NCBI GenBank assembly: GCA_963693365.1
Contig: CAVNZM010000006.1
Coordinates: 3,534,001 to 3,598,000, forward strand
Origin: Amoebidium appalachense
Lineage: Eukaryota > Protista > Ichthyosporea
Direction of reading: 5' to 3'
Length of the DNA: 64,000 bases
The notes below the pieces were generated by a model. It made no database searches and was not told where the DNA came from. It saw only the letters and a list, made by a program, of their open reading frames with translations. Shown piece after piece: positions 51,649 to 63,362 of this stretch. A program made the position numbers and the translations under genes. Each line of letters starts with the position of its first letter. Within the stretch, counting starts at the first letter, position 1.

Positions 51649-51660
51649 ATTGAGTAGGGG
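51649..51660 (+). promoter_or_regulatory. Copia polypurine tract (ATTGAGTAGGGG) before the 3' LTR
   Basis: Abuts the 3' LTR. An identical 12-mer lies at 51563-51574. Confidence 0.75.
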
Positions 51661-52424
51661 TTTTGGAGTACACTGGTACTCCCGGCTAGCAATGTCTGTT
51701 AGAGAAAGTTTCTGAGCAATGGAATAATTGTTTCAACACTCACTCGAGTGCATAGAGCTTTTGTTTACGGTCATATTCATATATGGTAGTTATATGTTTG
51801 AGCCAAAAGTGTACCAATGACGAGCTTCACTAGCAACGTGCTAATTGTGCTCATTAATTAATATTCCCGGTTCAGATGATGTCATGTCTATATTTGCCAC
51901 AGGATTCTATTCTTAGAGTGGTAGTGTGCTTTATTCCCGGATATTCTCAGAATATTTTTAGTTGTGTGAAGTAAGATTTACGTTTAACTGCAATTGGTGT
52001 GTTAAACACGTTTATTTGTGTGCTTTAGTGCAAGTGAACTAGCCACTCAACGTGCACAGTTTAACTTTTATATCTTTAACGACTTGTTTTCATTGTGCTC
52101 TCTTTTCGGCCATGCTGTACATGGCCCACCACCAGGGTGCACACGAGGCCACCATGAGGTGGCCAACGACTATATAAAGCAGTGCCTCCCATGTCACAAA
52201 CATGGGAAGCAGAACGTTTGATTTACACTTTTCTACTGTCGTTTTCAGTGCACAAAACACATAGACTAGTTACCCATCATACACGACACTATGTCTGACA
52301 ACTTACAGTTGCAGCAACTAGTCCAACTACTGGAGCAGAGGTTGGCCTCACAAGATGCAATCATTTCTGACTTACAGAAGGAACAACGTGCACTAGAACT
52401 AGCTTCTATGAACACAATGTCCAA

Positions 52425-52485
<61 letters not shown>

Positions 52486-53660
52486 CTCCAGCCACGGTGC
52501 CAGGCAGGAGCCTCAGGGGTGGGGCAGACGGGAAGCCTGGTGATGAACGGAAAACTTTACTCTGATCTGAGATGTTTCACAAAGCCCTAGGGGCAAAGAA
52601 GAAAGAAGGTTCGAGGCCCGGGCGTGAACGTTAACATGCTGAGGGATCATCGGATGACGCACCAATTAGTGATACTGATGCATATCGATATCGATGTGTA
52701 GGCCTACTAATGGGCCTTTAATTTGTCACAAGTTGTGACACATCACGCGGTCACGCTGCCCATGTGTCACGCGGCCCATGGTGTGGCACATGGCATCTTT
52801 CTATTTTTTTTTTGGCATATTCATCAGGCTCTTATTCTAATAATAGTTCATGACGCTATGAAGGTCCCAATTCCTACAGTTTAGTTCTGTTTTTAGAAAC
52901 ACACCCGGCATGCCCGGGCCAGTCAGATGGCCAGCCAGCTCGTGGGGAGTCCGACTACAAGATTACGACATATGCATGGGGAGTATATATGGCTTCGGCC
53001 TTCGCGAAGTGAATCGGGGGGTGAAGTCGGTGACGAGTTGACTGGTCAAAAGAAAGACAAACACACACGGCTTGAAGATTAAGGTGCACACACATGCAAA
53101 TCATGCATGCACGGGGAAAAGAATAACATGTATGATGTGGGCTCAGGGGATACACAAACAGGATATCCCGGGATGATGTGCCAGGGATCAGCGGCCGGGG
53201 AGAACACCTTGGATGATCTTAATCCGGGATCAACCAGTTGGATGTGGATAAAACGCAAGGATCTAATAGGTAGAAGAGATGACAATTTATCAAGTTTCAT
53301 AAAAACGCACTTTCAAGTTATTCTGTGCAAATAGTGATTAGAACCGTGTTCAGCTCACTTTTTTTTCTTTTTAACCACGTAAACGAATGATGCAGAGCGT
53401 CGACGAGTTATATGTATATAAGCCTGGGATATAGGCCGCTGCAATATCATAATTGGCCAAGGCTGGCCTCAGCCTGGCCTCGGGCCCCGGCCCCGGGAGT
53501 CCGGGACATTCCTCGCATACCACAGAACCGTACCTGTTATAAAATTCTGTTCTGGCAAGTATAAGAATCCCCCATTACTTGGGTAGACTTTCACAGCAGA
53601 ACAAGACTGCAGGATCAGACACTGAGCAACCCGAGTTACCTCAACCTTTCACCCACTACC

Positions 53661-54086
53661 ATGAAGTCTGTCGCTGTTGCCGTTGTTCTTTCCCTGGCCG
53701 CTTTTACTGCAGCTGCCCCGCCAGCAAACGCCAGCAAGCCTACCATGGTCTCGTGCAAGGTGGCAGTAACCACATGCGAAGTCTACTTCGAAGCAGGAAA
53801 GAGAAAATGCAACCCCAAGAGCACGTGCACGGAGAAATTCTGCTGTCAGAAGGTCAAGGAAAAGTTCATTCCGTGCGACAAGGCCGGCATCACCTGCCCA
53901 GCCGGGTGGAGCTTCAAGAAGGGGCCCGGGAATAAGGGTGTGGCTACATGCATTGCAAAGTCTTCGCGCAAGGTTGACAAGTGTTGCAAGGCCCCCGAAA
54001 CAACCACCACTAAAACAGTCACTAAAACTACTACTAAGGTGGCACCCACCACGACCACCACCGCAACAACCGCCACCATGCACTGA
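53661..54086 (+). CDS. Small secreted cysteine-rich protein with Thr-rich tail, 141 aa, copy 2
   Basis: Close paralog of 28467-28910, with the same signal peptide and Cys modules. One Cys is replaced by Arg (SSRKVDKCC) and the tail is different. Confidence 0.85.
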   Translation: MKSVAVAVVLSLAAFTAAAPPANASKPTMVSCKVAVTTCEVYFEAGKRKCNPKSTCTEKFCCQKVKEKFIPCDKAGITCPAGWSFKKGPGNKGVATCIAKSSRKVDKCCKAPETTTTKTVTKTTTKVAPTTTTTATTATMH

Positions 54087-55176
54087 TGCTGCGCCCATGC
54101 ATGCACTAAGTTTGACAGGTGTTAAGTTTATCAAAACTCGATCGTGAGACATGGGCGAAGTTGATAGTACCGCGCTCTTTTGACTGTATGATAGCTTGCG
54201 GCCAGTGATATTATGATATGAAGTTGTATGATTGTAGTTGTGAGCTCTCTGCATACGTTTGTGGTGTGATTGCCGTATATAACGACCTATTTCATTTCAT
54301 CTTTGGGTGATCAGGCAATACTTCATGTTTGTACGGACATGTGACAGTATATATGTATCATCATAATCTGAATGCTTACAATAATTACTAGTATCAACAT
54401 TGTTCGTATCCGGCGGGCCGGAATCATTAATTCGTATTCAAAGTTTCAGTGACCCATTGCCGTTAAAAAACAGCAACTAAAGCCCCACGAAAATAAAACA
54501 ACAGACTTACGTGACCGTACATTATAGCTATAGAGTCTCAGACCGTAGTAGTAAACCTCTTGAGCTAATCAGAATGTTCATCCAATGGAAACAAAAGTTT
54601 TGGGAATCCCTGGTGTCAAGCACGATTGTATTAAAGATGATTTTTATCATACTAAAGGGCTCACTCACTTTTAAGCTAAGGGGGTGACTAAAAGTAAGAT
54701 ACTTTGAAATTAACATAAATAAGTGCTATTTTTTATTTCGAAAATTAAGATTTAAAAGGGTCTACTGTTGAACCTGGTGGGTATTTAAGATCATATGGGG
54801 GGGGGGGGGGGGGGGGGGTTGCACAGTACAAGGGGCGAATTAATAGTGACAACGTTTTGTCTGCTAGTGAGAAGGATATATATACATTGCTATTGCCGCT
54901 ACACCACTCTCACCGCCCTGATTCAAGTTGTCTTCACCTCTAACTGAGTGTTCCAATGGGGTGGGAGCTGGAGTTGAAGGCTGGGGGGGGGATTCAAACC
55001 ACCAAGGGTTGAAGGGGGGGGGGGGGGGGGGGGGGGGGAGGGGGGGGGGGATCCACCACACATAAGGGAAGGAGCCCCCCTTTCTCCCGTCCCCCCCCCC
55101 TCCCCCCTCCCCATACACACACACATCTTCCCCCCCCCCCCCCCCCCATACACACACACATTCCTCCCCCCCCCCT

Positions 55177-55210
<34 letters not shown>

Positions 55211-55388
55211 ACCTCACCCCCCAACCCGAGGGCCCCAAGGAACCCATCCACGAACCCACCAACGACTGAAATCGGTCACTAATATGTAATGGACACACTG
55301 TCAGATATCCGTATTGGCAGGCATTAAATTTGTATCCATCATTAAAGGTTAGGCTACATGCTTACAGTATCCGGCACTAGCCATTGCC

Positions 55389-55431
<43 letters not shown>

Positions 55432-55707
55432 AACCAAAAAAAAAAAAAGAAAGAAAAATGATGAGGGGAGGGAAGTGGCGGAGGGGTTTCAATATCAACT
55501 ACTAGGGCCGACACAATCAAAAGTTAAAAACTCTTATACATGATATGGGCGCGCATATGGGCACACGTGTGTGCCCAAGAACACGTCGCCGTGCGCTAAC
55601 ACACAGACTGAGCGCAACTCACGGACGAACAGATCGGTATGGACACGCAAGCAAGCATTGTCAAGCACACGCACACACAGTATCATAATGCACAAACACC
55701 CACCCAC

Positions 55708-55827
<120 letters not shown>

Positions 55828-55932
55828 CGCACGCACGCACGCACGCACACACACAAAGGGGGAGAGAGGGGTAGATGAGTGGAGAGCCTCGAGAGGGAGA
55901 GAGAGAGAGAGAGAAGGCGAAATGAGACAGCT

Positions 55933-56035
<103 letters not shown>

Positions 56036-56602
56036 CATATGATATAATACTCACACACCAAACGCACAAGCAAGCATGCCCAGACACACACACAAAGCAT
56101 TCGCGCACGCACACGCATGCACGTGTGCACTGCACATCGACTATATTCATACTCATACACATACATATACATACATACACATCGACTATATTCATACTCA
56201 TACACCTACACATACAAGAGATTTTACCGAAAATTTTGACCTAAAGTTTTTAAAAGTTTTTTCGTGTTTTTTCGTGATCGCTTGAGCAGATCAAACTGTT
56301 TTGCTGGTATCTCAGTGTACGTGTGCAGGGGGTATAACAACACACTAACTATGAAAACTTGGTGCATTTTGGTTGAACGGTTCCCAAGTTATTATATTAT
56401 TCGGGAAATTTCAACATGGAAAGGGAGCTTATGATGTGCACGGGGTTTACACACTTTTTATTGCGTGGACATTGCCGGAGGCCCAGCCACATTCGACGGC
56501 CTACTGCGTTTTCCAGCACAGCCAATCAAATGCAGCCAGTGACATATGTACATGCTAGGCAACAATGAGCGCCATCGTAGGATCTGACACCCCTATTACA
56601 TA

Positions 56603-59600
56603 TTATGGGTAAGCAGATGCTAGCATCGGTAGCTCCGACAGAAAGTTAAGGCACCGGATCACAATATCATACTGTGCAGCATTAATAAGGTGATCTAGGA
56701 TAGTCATCTTAAAACGGATATATTGAGGAAGAGATGAAGAAAAGAGAATAAAACCGCCAATAACCTCCGGTTCTAATACATTAGCTAACAGGTTGCATTT
56801 ATTGATAGATATGCAGCCGCGAGTAAACCGCCCCCCACACATATTACACATACGAGCAGGAGACACCAGAAACCGATTACACCGCCAAGCCATAATCATC
56901 TTTGCGTTTTTACACCACACCACATTACGAATAAACGAATCTATGTATGAACGAGACTCTCTAACCGTATCCGCCATATAGGCTACTAGTAGTTGGTGTT
57001 TGTGCGGTCCTAACACCGGAAGGGACTCAACACGTAGAGTAAAAAGATATCTATCAGCCATAGACTTGAAACTATTCATATTCACACTATGATCTAGCCG
57101 TACCTCCGGGGGGGTCGCCAGCCATTCCACATAGCGCTCGGCAATGGGCAGAGACGATGGGGAAGGGAAGAGGTACAGGGGCGAATCCGGCGGGGATGCG
57201 TGTAGCCGGAAGAGCGGGTGGTCCGGGGCACAAGCGGACAGGCGGGTGATGTGCTCGTGAAATTTAAGGGCTAATTCGTGTACGCGTTGTGATGGTGGTG
57301 TGAGTGCGTAGAGAGAATCAAAAAGGCGTCTAGGGATAGGTGTGGAAAGACCAGTGAGAAACATACAACAAGTTGTGTAATGGAAATCATCTAATGATTT
57401 GAGGACATTAGTAACAGTATCAGGGGGTGCCATAGCTAGTAAGGGCAACCCGTATTCCGACAAAGGGCGAATATATGTGCGAAATATACTAAGACGATTG
57501 TATAGGTGGACAGTATGAGAAAGAGAAGCAAGATACACATCCCGAAATAACCGAAGACACCTGCCTGCACTCTCCACCCGACGGTCGATCATCCGTTTGA
57601 AACATATGCCCCATTCGTCCACCGGAATCCCCAAATACTTGTATTCGATTGGGCGAGGGAGGGGACTGCCGAAAATACAAACGTCGTCCCATGCCGGTAT
57701 CGATTTTGATAAAAGGGCACACTTTTTGACATTAATCTGCATATCGTTGCGCTGGCACCAATGTTCAACCACACGAATGTATTGCCGTAGTTCGAGAGGA
57801 TCGGATGACATAAGCACAATATCGTCGGCAAAAAAGAGGGCGGGAGGAGCCTGGGATGGCAACCCCCCGTCAATTTGTGCCGCAGAAAGAGTGTCGGCTA
57901 AATCATCAATATACAGGTTGAAAAGAAGAGGACTTAGCAGGGACCCTTGAAGTACCCCGCGCGTGCGGGTAAACCCTGGGGATAGCCGCCCATTAACCAC
58001 CGCTCGTCCGCGTGTAAACGTAAACATAGCTTCCAGTAGCCGACCCATTTGGAATGGGACACCGCGAGTGGCTAACTTGGCCCACAGGCGAGGGAGGTCG
58101 ACCGTGTCGTACGCGTTCTTAAAATCGATAAATACGAGGTGCTCGGTATCACTTTGAGTTGCATTATGTAGAGTGAGGATTTGTGCGTAACATGAGTGTC
58201 GATGCCGAAACGCCGCCTGAAGAGGGCTCAGCTGGGAAGCCTGCTTAAGGGTGGGGTTACGGGAAAAGGCCTGTAAAAGGCCACTTTCGAATAATCGGCG
58301 AAAAACGGACGTAAGGGTGATAGGGCGAAATTCGTGGATGGGACCCTGTGCAACCGTTTTCTTGATGGGAAACACTAAGGTGGCTAGCCACTCCGAGGGC
58401 ACTTTACCGACATCAGAATACCAGCTAAACAACTCGCTAAGAATACATGTAAGTGGTGGCGGCGGGCCACGCTTTTCGTCTTTCTCGGGTCGGGGTGGGA
58501 TGAGTACCTTAAGTAGTGCCATAGGGATGCCGTCCGGCCCGCACGCTTTGCGGGACGGGTAACGGGAGACTAACTGCCATACCGCATCTGGGGTAAAAAG
58601 TTCCCCCAATTCCGCCCCAAACTCAGCCGGCCCCGCTGGCCACGCCGTGTGTGGTGGTGGTGGTGTGTCGGAGGGTGGAACAAAAACAGGAGGGGGCGCC
58701 TGCCCCAGGTCCGTGGCCATACATGTCGGGTTACGTTTAAACAGGGTGCCGTAAAAGGAATCGGTTGCAGATTCCGGGTCGGATGACGGGTCGGCCGTTA
58801 TTCGAATCGAATGATCGCCGCGATCAATCTTCCGAATATTACCCAATAGCATGTGATACGGTAGAGGCTTACGTAAGGCAGCCTCCGCTCGAGGGCCGCG
58901 AGTGTGTGTAGTTCGTGCTTGTGGGTAAACTTGGGCACCTAAACAGGCATATTCACCTATGTCCCACAAGGTTTCTCGTACTGTAGACCAGACGCTATCG
59001 ATGAAGGTCTGGTCGGTGCGTAGTGGGGTTTGGCGTCCATCACGCACAAGCGATAATAGACTCGGTTGCACCGTCTCGAAAAAGAAGCGAGTGTCTGCTT
59101 GGCCGCGCTGGCTTTTAAGTTCGCGTACGTTAAGTCTGTAAGTGTGTTGTGGTGACGGCGTAGAACGGCTAAGTGTAGTGCGAAAGACTATAGGTAGGTG
59201 GTCTGACGGTGGGGGGTGTAGGTTGTGGTGTATGTGTAAGGTGCAAGGACCAGAGGCTGCCCCCCAGTCCGTGCGGTGTTCTTGTACTACAGATGGAAGA
59301 GTAAGGCGTAAGGCTGTAACAAAAGTGTGAAAGGTTGGCGTGCGTGGGTGGTTGGGTTTAAGTAGGGCCTGTGGGTGGCCGTGTAGGGGGTGTGGGGTGG
59401 TAGTTAGCGGGCTATTAAAGTCTCCTAACACTAGTGTGGGGTTATGTGGGGCGATGGTGTTAAGCTCGTGTTTAAGTGCTAGAAGTGGAAGGCTAGGTGG
59501 AAAATAAACAAAAGTGCATATATGGCCACAAACTGAGATGGTGAGTGTGTGTATTGTACGTGCTATAACTGAACAGTGGTTAACAAAGTGGTAGGCGGCG

Positions 59601-59806
59601 ATGAACACTATGCCGGAGTGAGGCTTGTGGCCCACAGGCTGAGTAGACTCGCCGACGAGCCGTCCAGACCGACGGAGTGTGGCGTGGTCTCGCCACCACG
59701 TTTCTGCGACAACAATAAACGGGAACTCCTGTTGGGGTAACGAAAGAAGAAACTGTGCTTTACTCTTATTTAGACTACGAGCATTCCAGAAAAGAAAGGA
59801 GAGCAT
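56603..59806 (-). CDS. LINE ORF2: APE endonuclease + reverse transcriptase + C-terminal Cys motif, 1067 aa
   Basis: FWNARSL, VVAETW, VLGDFN, SDH (APE). KACGPDG, FRPITL, FIDFKNAYDTV, GVLQGSLLSPLLFN, FADD, YKYLGI (RT). CNMC near the C-terminus. Confidence 0.95.
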   Translation of the reverse strand: MLSFLFWNARSLNKSKAQFLLSLPQQEFPFIVVAETWWRDHATLRRSGRLVGESTQPVGHKPHSGIVFIAAYHFVNHCSVIARTIHTLTISVCGHICTFVYFPPSLPLLALKHELNTIAPHNPTLVLGDFNSPLTTTPHPLHGHPQALLKPNHPRTPTFHTFVTALRLTLPSVVQEHRTDWGAASGPCTLHIHHNLHPPPSDHLPIVFRTTLSRSTPSPQHTYRLNVRELKSQRGQADTRFFFETVQPSLLSLVRDGRQTPLRTDQTFIDSVWSTVRETLWDIGEYACLGAQVYPQARTTHTRGPRAEAALRKPLPYHMLLGNIRKIDRGDHSIRITADPSSDPESATDSFYGTLFKRNPTCMATDLGQAPPPVFVPPSDTPPPPHTAWPAGPAEFGAELGELFTPDAVWQLVSRYPSRKACGPDGIPMALLKVLIPPRPEKDEKRGPPPPLTCILSELFSWYSDVGKVPSEWLATLVFPIKKTVAQGPIHEFRPITLTSVFRRLFESGLLQAFSRNPTLKQASQLSPLQAAFRHRHSCYAQILTLHNATQSDTEHLVFIDFKNAYDTVDLPRLWAKLATRGVPFQMGRLLEAMFTFTRGRAVVNGRLSPGFTRTRGVLQGSLLSPLLFNLYIDDLADTLSAAQIDGGLPSQAPPALFFADDIVLMSSDPLELRQYIRVVEHWCQRNDMQINVKKCALLSKSIPAWDDVCIFGSPLPRPIEYKYLGIPVDEWGICFKRMIDRRVESAGRCLRLFRDVYLASLSHTVHLYNRLSIFRTYIRPLSEYGLPLLAMAPPDTVTNVLKSLDDFHYTTCCMFLTGLSTPIPRRLFDSLYALTPPSQRVHELALKFHEHITRLSACAPDHPLFRLHASPPDSPLYLFPSPSSLPIAERYVEWLATPPEVRLDHSVNMNSFKSMADRYLFTLRVESLPVLGPHKHQLLVAYMADTVRESRSYIDSFIRNVVWCKNAKMIMAWRCNRFLVSPARMCNMCGGRFTRGCISINKCNLLANVLEPEVIGGFILFSSSLPQYIRFKMTILDHLINAAQYDIVIRCLNFLSELPMLASAYP

Positions 59807-59808
59807 GC

Positions 59809-60954
59809 TTACTGGGAGTTGGCTGGTGCGGCGGTGGGGTCGTAGGGCTTGCTGAAGACCTGCACGTGCTGAGCCTCCCAGTAGGCACGCACCTCAGCTG
59901 CTGTTTTGGCCCGGCTGTCGTGTGCCGGGTAAAGTGTGGCTGCCTTGACAGCCCATGCATGGGCGTTGGCCATTCTTGCAAGCACCCGGCGTTGCCAAGA
60001 GGCCCGGGCAGCGGCCTCTGCATCAACACGGTTAAGTGTGGTGTTGTAGGGAGCCGTAGGATCGAAGTCTGCGAGAAAGGTGGCGTCGGTAGCACGTTGG
60101 ATGATGTTTATGAGGGTATCACGGTAGCCGGCACGCACAATGAACACTGTGTAGCGACGGCCAATGAAGAGCATGTCGGGAATCATTCGGTTGAGGACAC
60201 CGAGGGTGTAAAGACGGTCACGCATGGTGCTGATGTTGGCCGGCACCAAGGTGAAGGCTGCAGTGGTCAACTCGGACTCGTCGGTACCCTGAGGGGCAGG
60301 GTCAGACGCCACCCGAGGGCGGCGGGTTGGGTGCAGTGCTGACGCTGCGGCAAGGGCTGCCAAAGCCTGGGTAGCCCCGTGGGTCTGGGCCACCGACTCG
60401 GCATACGTTTTGACTTTCTCGGACACGTACACGGTCTTGGCGTCCACCGTAGTGCGGTACACCTTAGGATTCGTTGTGGGTATGAACTTGGGAGACCCCG
60501 GGGGGGTGGGTAACCCATCGGGGGTTGCCTGTGCTGCAGGGGCCGGGCCCGCGTGGGCAGGGCCGGTGGGGGTTGCCCGGTCAGCTTCCAGCTGCCGTAA
60601 GCGCGTCTCCATTTGCTGAACAAGGAGGTCTGTGTGGTCCTGTTTGGCTTTATACTCAGCTACTTGGGTTGTTAAGTCGGAGACTTGGGTGCGGAGCTGC
60701 TCATGATGCGCCATAAGTTTGAGCACGGCTTTCCTAGCCTTCTCGGGTATCAAGTGCAGTTGTTCTTTCGAAATAAAACTACTTGCTGGCGGCACGGCCG
60801 GTGGCGCTTTAACCTCGGGAAAGGGAACCTGTTCCGCTCGGCTCAGTTTAGTTAGCCTCTTATCTGGGGATTCTCCATCCCGTGTATCACGTTTGCGGCT
60901 CCCAGGCGGTGTCCCAGGAGGGTCCGGGGACAAGGATGCATCCTGAGACGCCAT
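59809..60954 (-). CDS. LINE ORF1, 381 aa (coiled coil, no CCHC knuckle)
   Basis: Lies directly upstream of ORF2 (TAA-GC-ATG). Heptad-rich segment HEQLRTQVSDLTTQVAEYKAKQ...METRLRQLE. Confidence 0.88.
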   Translation of the reverse strand: MASQDASLSPDPPGTPPGSRKRDTRDGESPDKRLTKLSRAEQVPFPEVKAPPAVPPASSFISKEQLHLIPEKARKAVLKLMAHHEQLRTQVSDLTTQVAEYKAKQDHTDLLVQQMETRLRQLEADRATPTGPAHAGPAPAAQATPDGLPTPPGSPKFIPTTNPKVYRTTVDAKTVYVSEKVKTYAESVAQTHGATQALAALAAASALHPTRRPRVASDPAPQGTDESELTTAAFTLVPANISTMRDRLYTLGVLNRMIPDMLFIGRRYTVFIVRAGYRDTLINIIQRATDATFLADFDPTAPYNTTLNRVDAEAAARASWQRRVLARMANAHAWAVKAATLYPAHDSRAKTAAEVRAYWEAQHVQVFSKPYDPTAAPANSQ

Positions 60955-61385
60955 GGGTGGGTTCTAGCTGCCCCTCAAGGGGCCTAAGTAGAGGTGGATG
61001 CCTAAGTAAAGGCCGATGCCTAAGTAGAGAAAGTGCCTGTGCACTTCAAAAGTGCCCGGTTACTTTTTTTCTCTGACAGCAAAAACATGGTGAAAATTTG
61101 TGTTGAAAATTAAAATTTTCATATGTAGGCCAAAAATTGGCCGCCCAACCGTAACACATAGAAGGAGGGGTATTAGACCCATCAATATGGGGTGCAAAAT
61201 GCTCAGCTCTCCAAGCCAAGGTCAGTCTCCGGAATCAGATTTTCAAAAAAGTTTTCCGTTCTCGAGATATTCACACTTTTCCGATCGGACCCCCCCAGCT
61301 TGAACCCCCACCATGAAATTTAGTTTGCGACCACTTAGGTGCATCATGTGACCGTGCACTACGGCCCCGTGTGTGTGTGTGTGTA

Positions 61386-61439
<54 letters not shown>

Positions 61440-61560
61440 ACACGGTGTGTTTCTACATGTATGTGTGTGTGTTTGTGTGTGTATGTGTTTGCGTGTGTGT
61501 GCACGTGTGTACACTGGTGTGTGTGTGTGTGTGTGTGTGTGTGCACAATATCTGTACCAT

Positions 61561-61704
<144 letters not shown>

Positions 61705-61709
61705 CCTAG

Positions 61710-62095
61710 GGGGACATGCAACATTGAGGAATCACAAGGGCCGGTGGATTTGCCCAGTGACCAACTTATTACTATTGGCCATGGCTTGCACAGAGGAGGC
61801 ACGAAATATGACCAGCGTTGCAACGCACGACAAGAGTTATTTGCAGTTTGTAAAATATTACCTGAACACAGATTCTCCAGGCATGGGCGAGGTGTCAAGT
61901 TTGTGCATTGATGATGCGTTCATCATCTACCTCAATGTCCCTAAGACGGCTTATGACACAGTGGTGAACGCGCGAGACCTTGTGGGAAAGTCTGCTACAC
62001 AACTGTCCCCCACGCAGGTTGTGCGTCGCAAGTGGAAGTACGAGTATATACTTGCTAGAGACAAGTACGGCAACGTCCACCCTAACTACGCCTAA
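61710..62095 (+). other. Orphan non-repetitive reading frame (~128 codons), possibly a terminal exon or transposase remnant
   Basis: Open frame GGHATLRNHKGRWICPVTNLLLLAMACTEE...VHPNYA* after a (GT)n tract ending in TAG. No family was recognised. Confidence 0.3.
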
Positions 62096-62475
62096 GTTTG
62101 TGCACGCGTCAGCTGGGCTGCACGCAAAATGATAGCTGAACTGTAACAGATGTGCAATGGGACATACAGGTGCAATGCGTTTGGAAACGTTTATTGTTAC
62201 ATGTTTTGCATGTTATCAGCAAGTCACCCCCCTCCTCACTCCCCCTTCCCCACCACGTCTATTTTACATACAAACACATACGGCTTCGCTCGTGCGTGGT
62301 GTGTGTCGAACGTGTTAGGCAGGCCACATGCATACTCGTGTGGGACATACACAGACACCTCAGAGGCCCCCCTCGACAAACGGTGAGCAAACACACACAG
62401 ACACACTCTTCGCACCACGGCCCTATTTTCGCACCCAGCTTGAACATAGCCGGCCAGGCAGGCACCGGCGGGCAG

Positions 62476-62630
62476 CGAGCCAGGTCAAATCGGGTCGGGT
62501 CGGTTCATTTCGGGTCGGGTCGAGCCAAGCGATGACCCGACCCGAATTGATTGGGGTCCGAAATTGGCCAAAAAAATTTATTGCGGCAATCGACGCGTCT
62601 CGTCGAGCTGGTTCGAGCCACCGTTTCGGA
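62476..62630. repeat. CGGGT/ACCCG and CGAGC short-repeat cluster resembling hAT subterminal repeats
   Basis: TCGGGTCGGGTCG twice, GACCCGACCCGA inverted, and several CGAGCC. Confidence 0.45.
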
Positions 62631-62903
62631 TTTTTTTTTAGAATTTTTTTTTTTTTTTTTTTTTTCGCGAAAAGTTTTTTGCGCGCTATAGAGACTAAGG
62701 CCCATACATTTTTAGTTTTTTGAAACGTGCATAACGTTATGCTCAAACCTGCATAACGTTATACAATTTTACTTAGTTAATGTAAATTTGCCTCAAAAAA
62801 TTCGTTAAAGTGCCATATACATACATACACATCGACTATATTAATACTCATACACATACATATACATACATACACATATGTGCAGCCCGTGCGCACACAC
62901 ACA

Positions 62904-62944
<41 letters not shown>

Positions 62945-63041
62945 CATGTTATGACACACACCCAAACGCGCGGGCTCTCCACACGTCCCCCCCCCCCCTC
63001 TCCCCCCCGGCCTCCCCTTTTTCCACCCCCTTCCCCCCCAA

Positions 63042-63119
<78 letters not shown>

Positions 63120-63229
63120 GGCAAGTGTGCCTTACGTGCACACACCGCTGTGGTATGCATGCAATTTGAAAGCCACATGTGCCCCCAGGTAGCCAGAACC
63201 ACCATTGATTGGACTTTGTTTGTGTGTAA

Positions 63230-63362
63230 GGGCCTGTTTGGCAGCACCCCAATAATCGTATTCGTATTTAGGCCCTAAATACGATCTACCGTATTTACAA
63301 AATTTATCGTGGTATGCGTATTTAGGGCCTAAATACGGTTGGTGCCTTCCAAACGCTGTCAG
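63230..63362. mobile_element. Tourist/PIF-Harbinger-like MITE remnant with two internal 21-bp palindromes
   Basis: TAA followed by GGGCCTGTTTGGCAGCACC, and a degenerate right end GGTGCCTTCCAAAC. CGTATTTAGGnCCTAAATACG occurs at 63263-63283 and 63317-63337. Confidence 0.5.

Larger units (their letters stand above)
43123..52426 (+). mobile_element. Ty1/copia LTR retrotransposon (Hemivirus-type PBS), inactivated by two nested insertions and frameshifts
   Basis: 766-bp LTRs at 43123-43888 and 51661-52426 (TGTTGGA...TCCAACA; about 7 differences seen by eye). GGGGG on both flanks. Domain order gag, PR (VLLDSGATDH), IN (WHYRLGH..CEPC, SDGGGEY, PQQNGTAER), RT (KARLVARG, DVNTAFLNG, LYGLKQAPR, YVDD), RNase H (GYSDSDYA, SSTEAEF, KHIDVRY). 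Confidence 0.97.
56603..61040 (-). mobile_element. Apparently intact two-ORF non-LTR retrotransposon (LINE); exact ends not determined
   Basis: ORF1 and an APE-RT ORF2 are both uninterrupted. The 5' UTR has three 18-bp-period GCCTAAGTA repeats (60982, 61000, 61018). No clear poly(A) tail or TSD was found. Confidence 0.88.

Noticed and set aside
52680-52800. Cluster of short palindromes (ATCGATATCGAT, TGTCACAAGTTGTGACA)
   Set aside because: The arms are short, with no TIR, TSD or second copy, so no feature can be supported.
56583-61077. TCTGACA on both sides of the LINE as a TSD
   Set aside because: It is only 7 nt and the element ends are not independently defined, so it could be chance.
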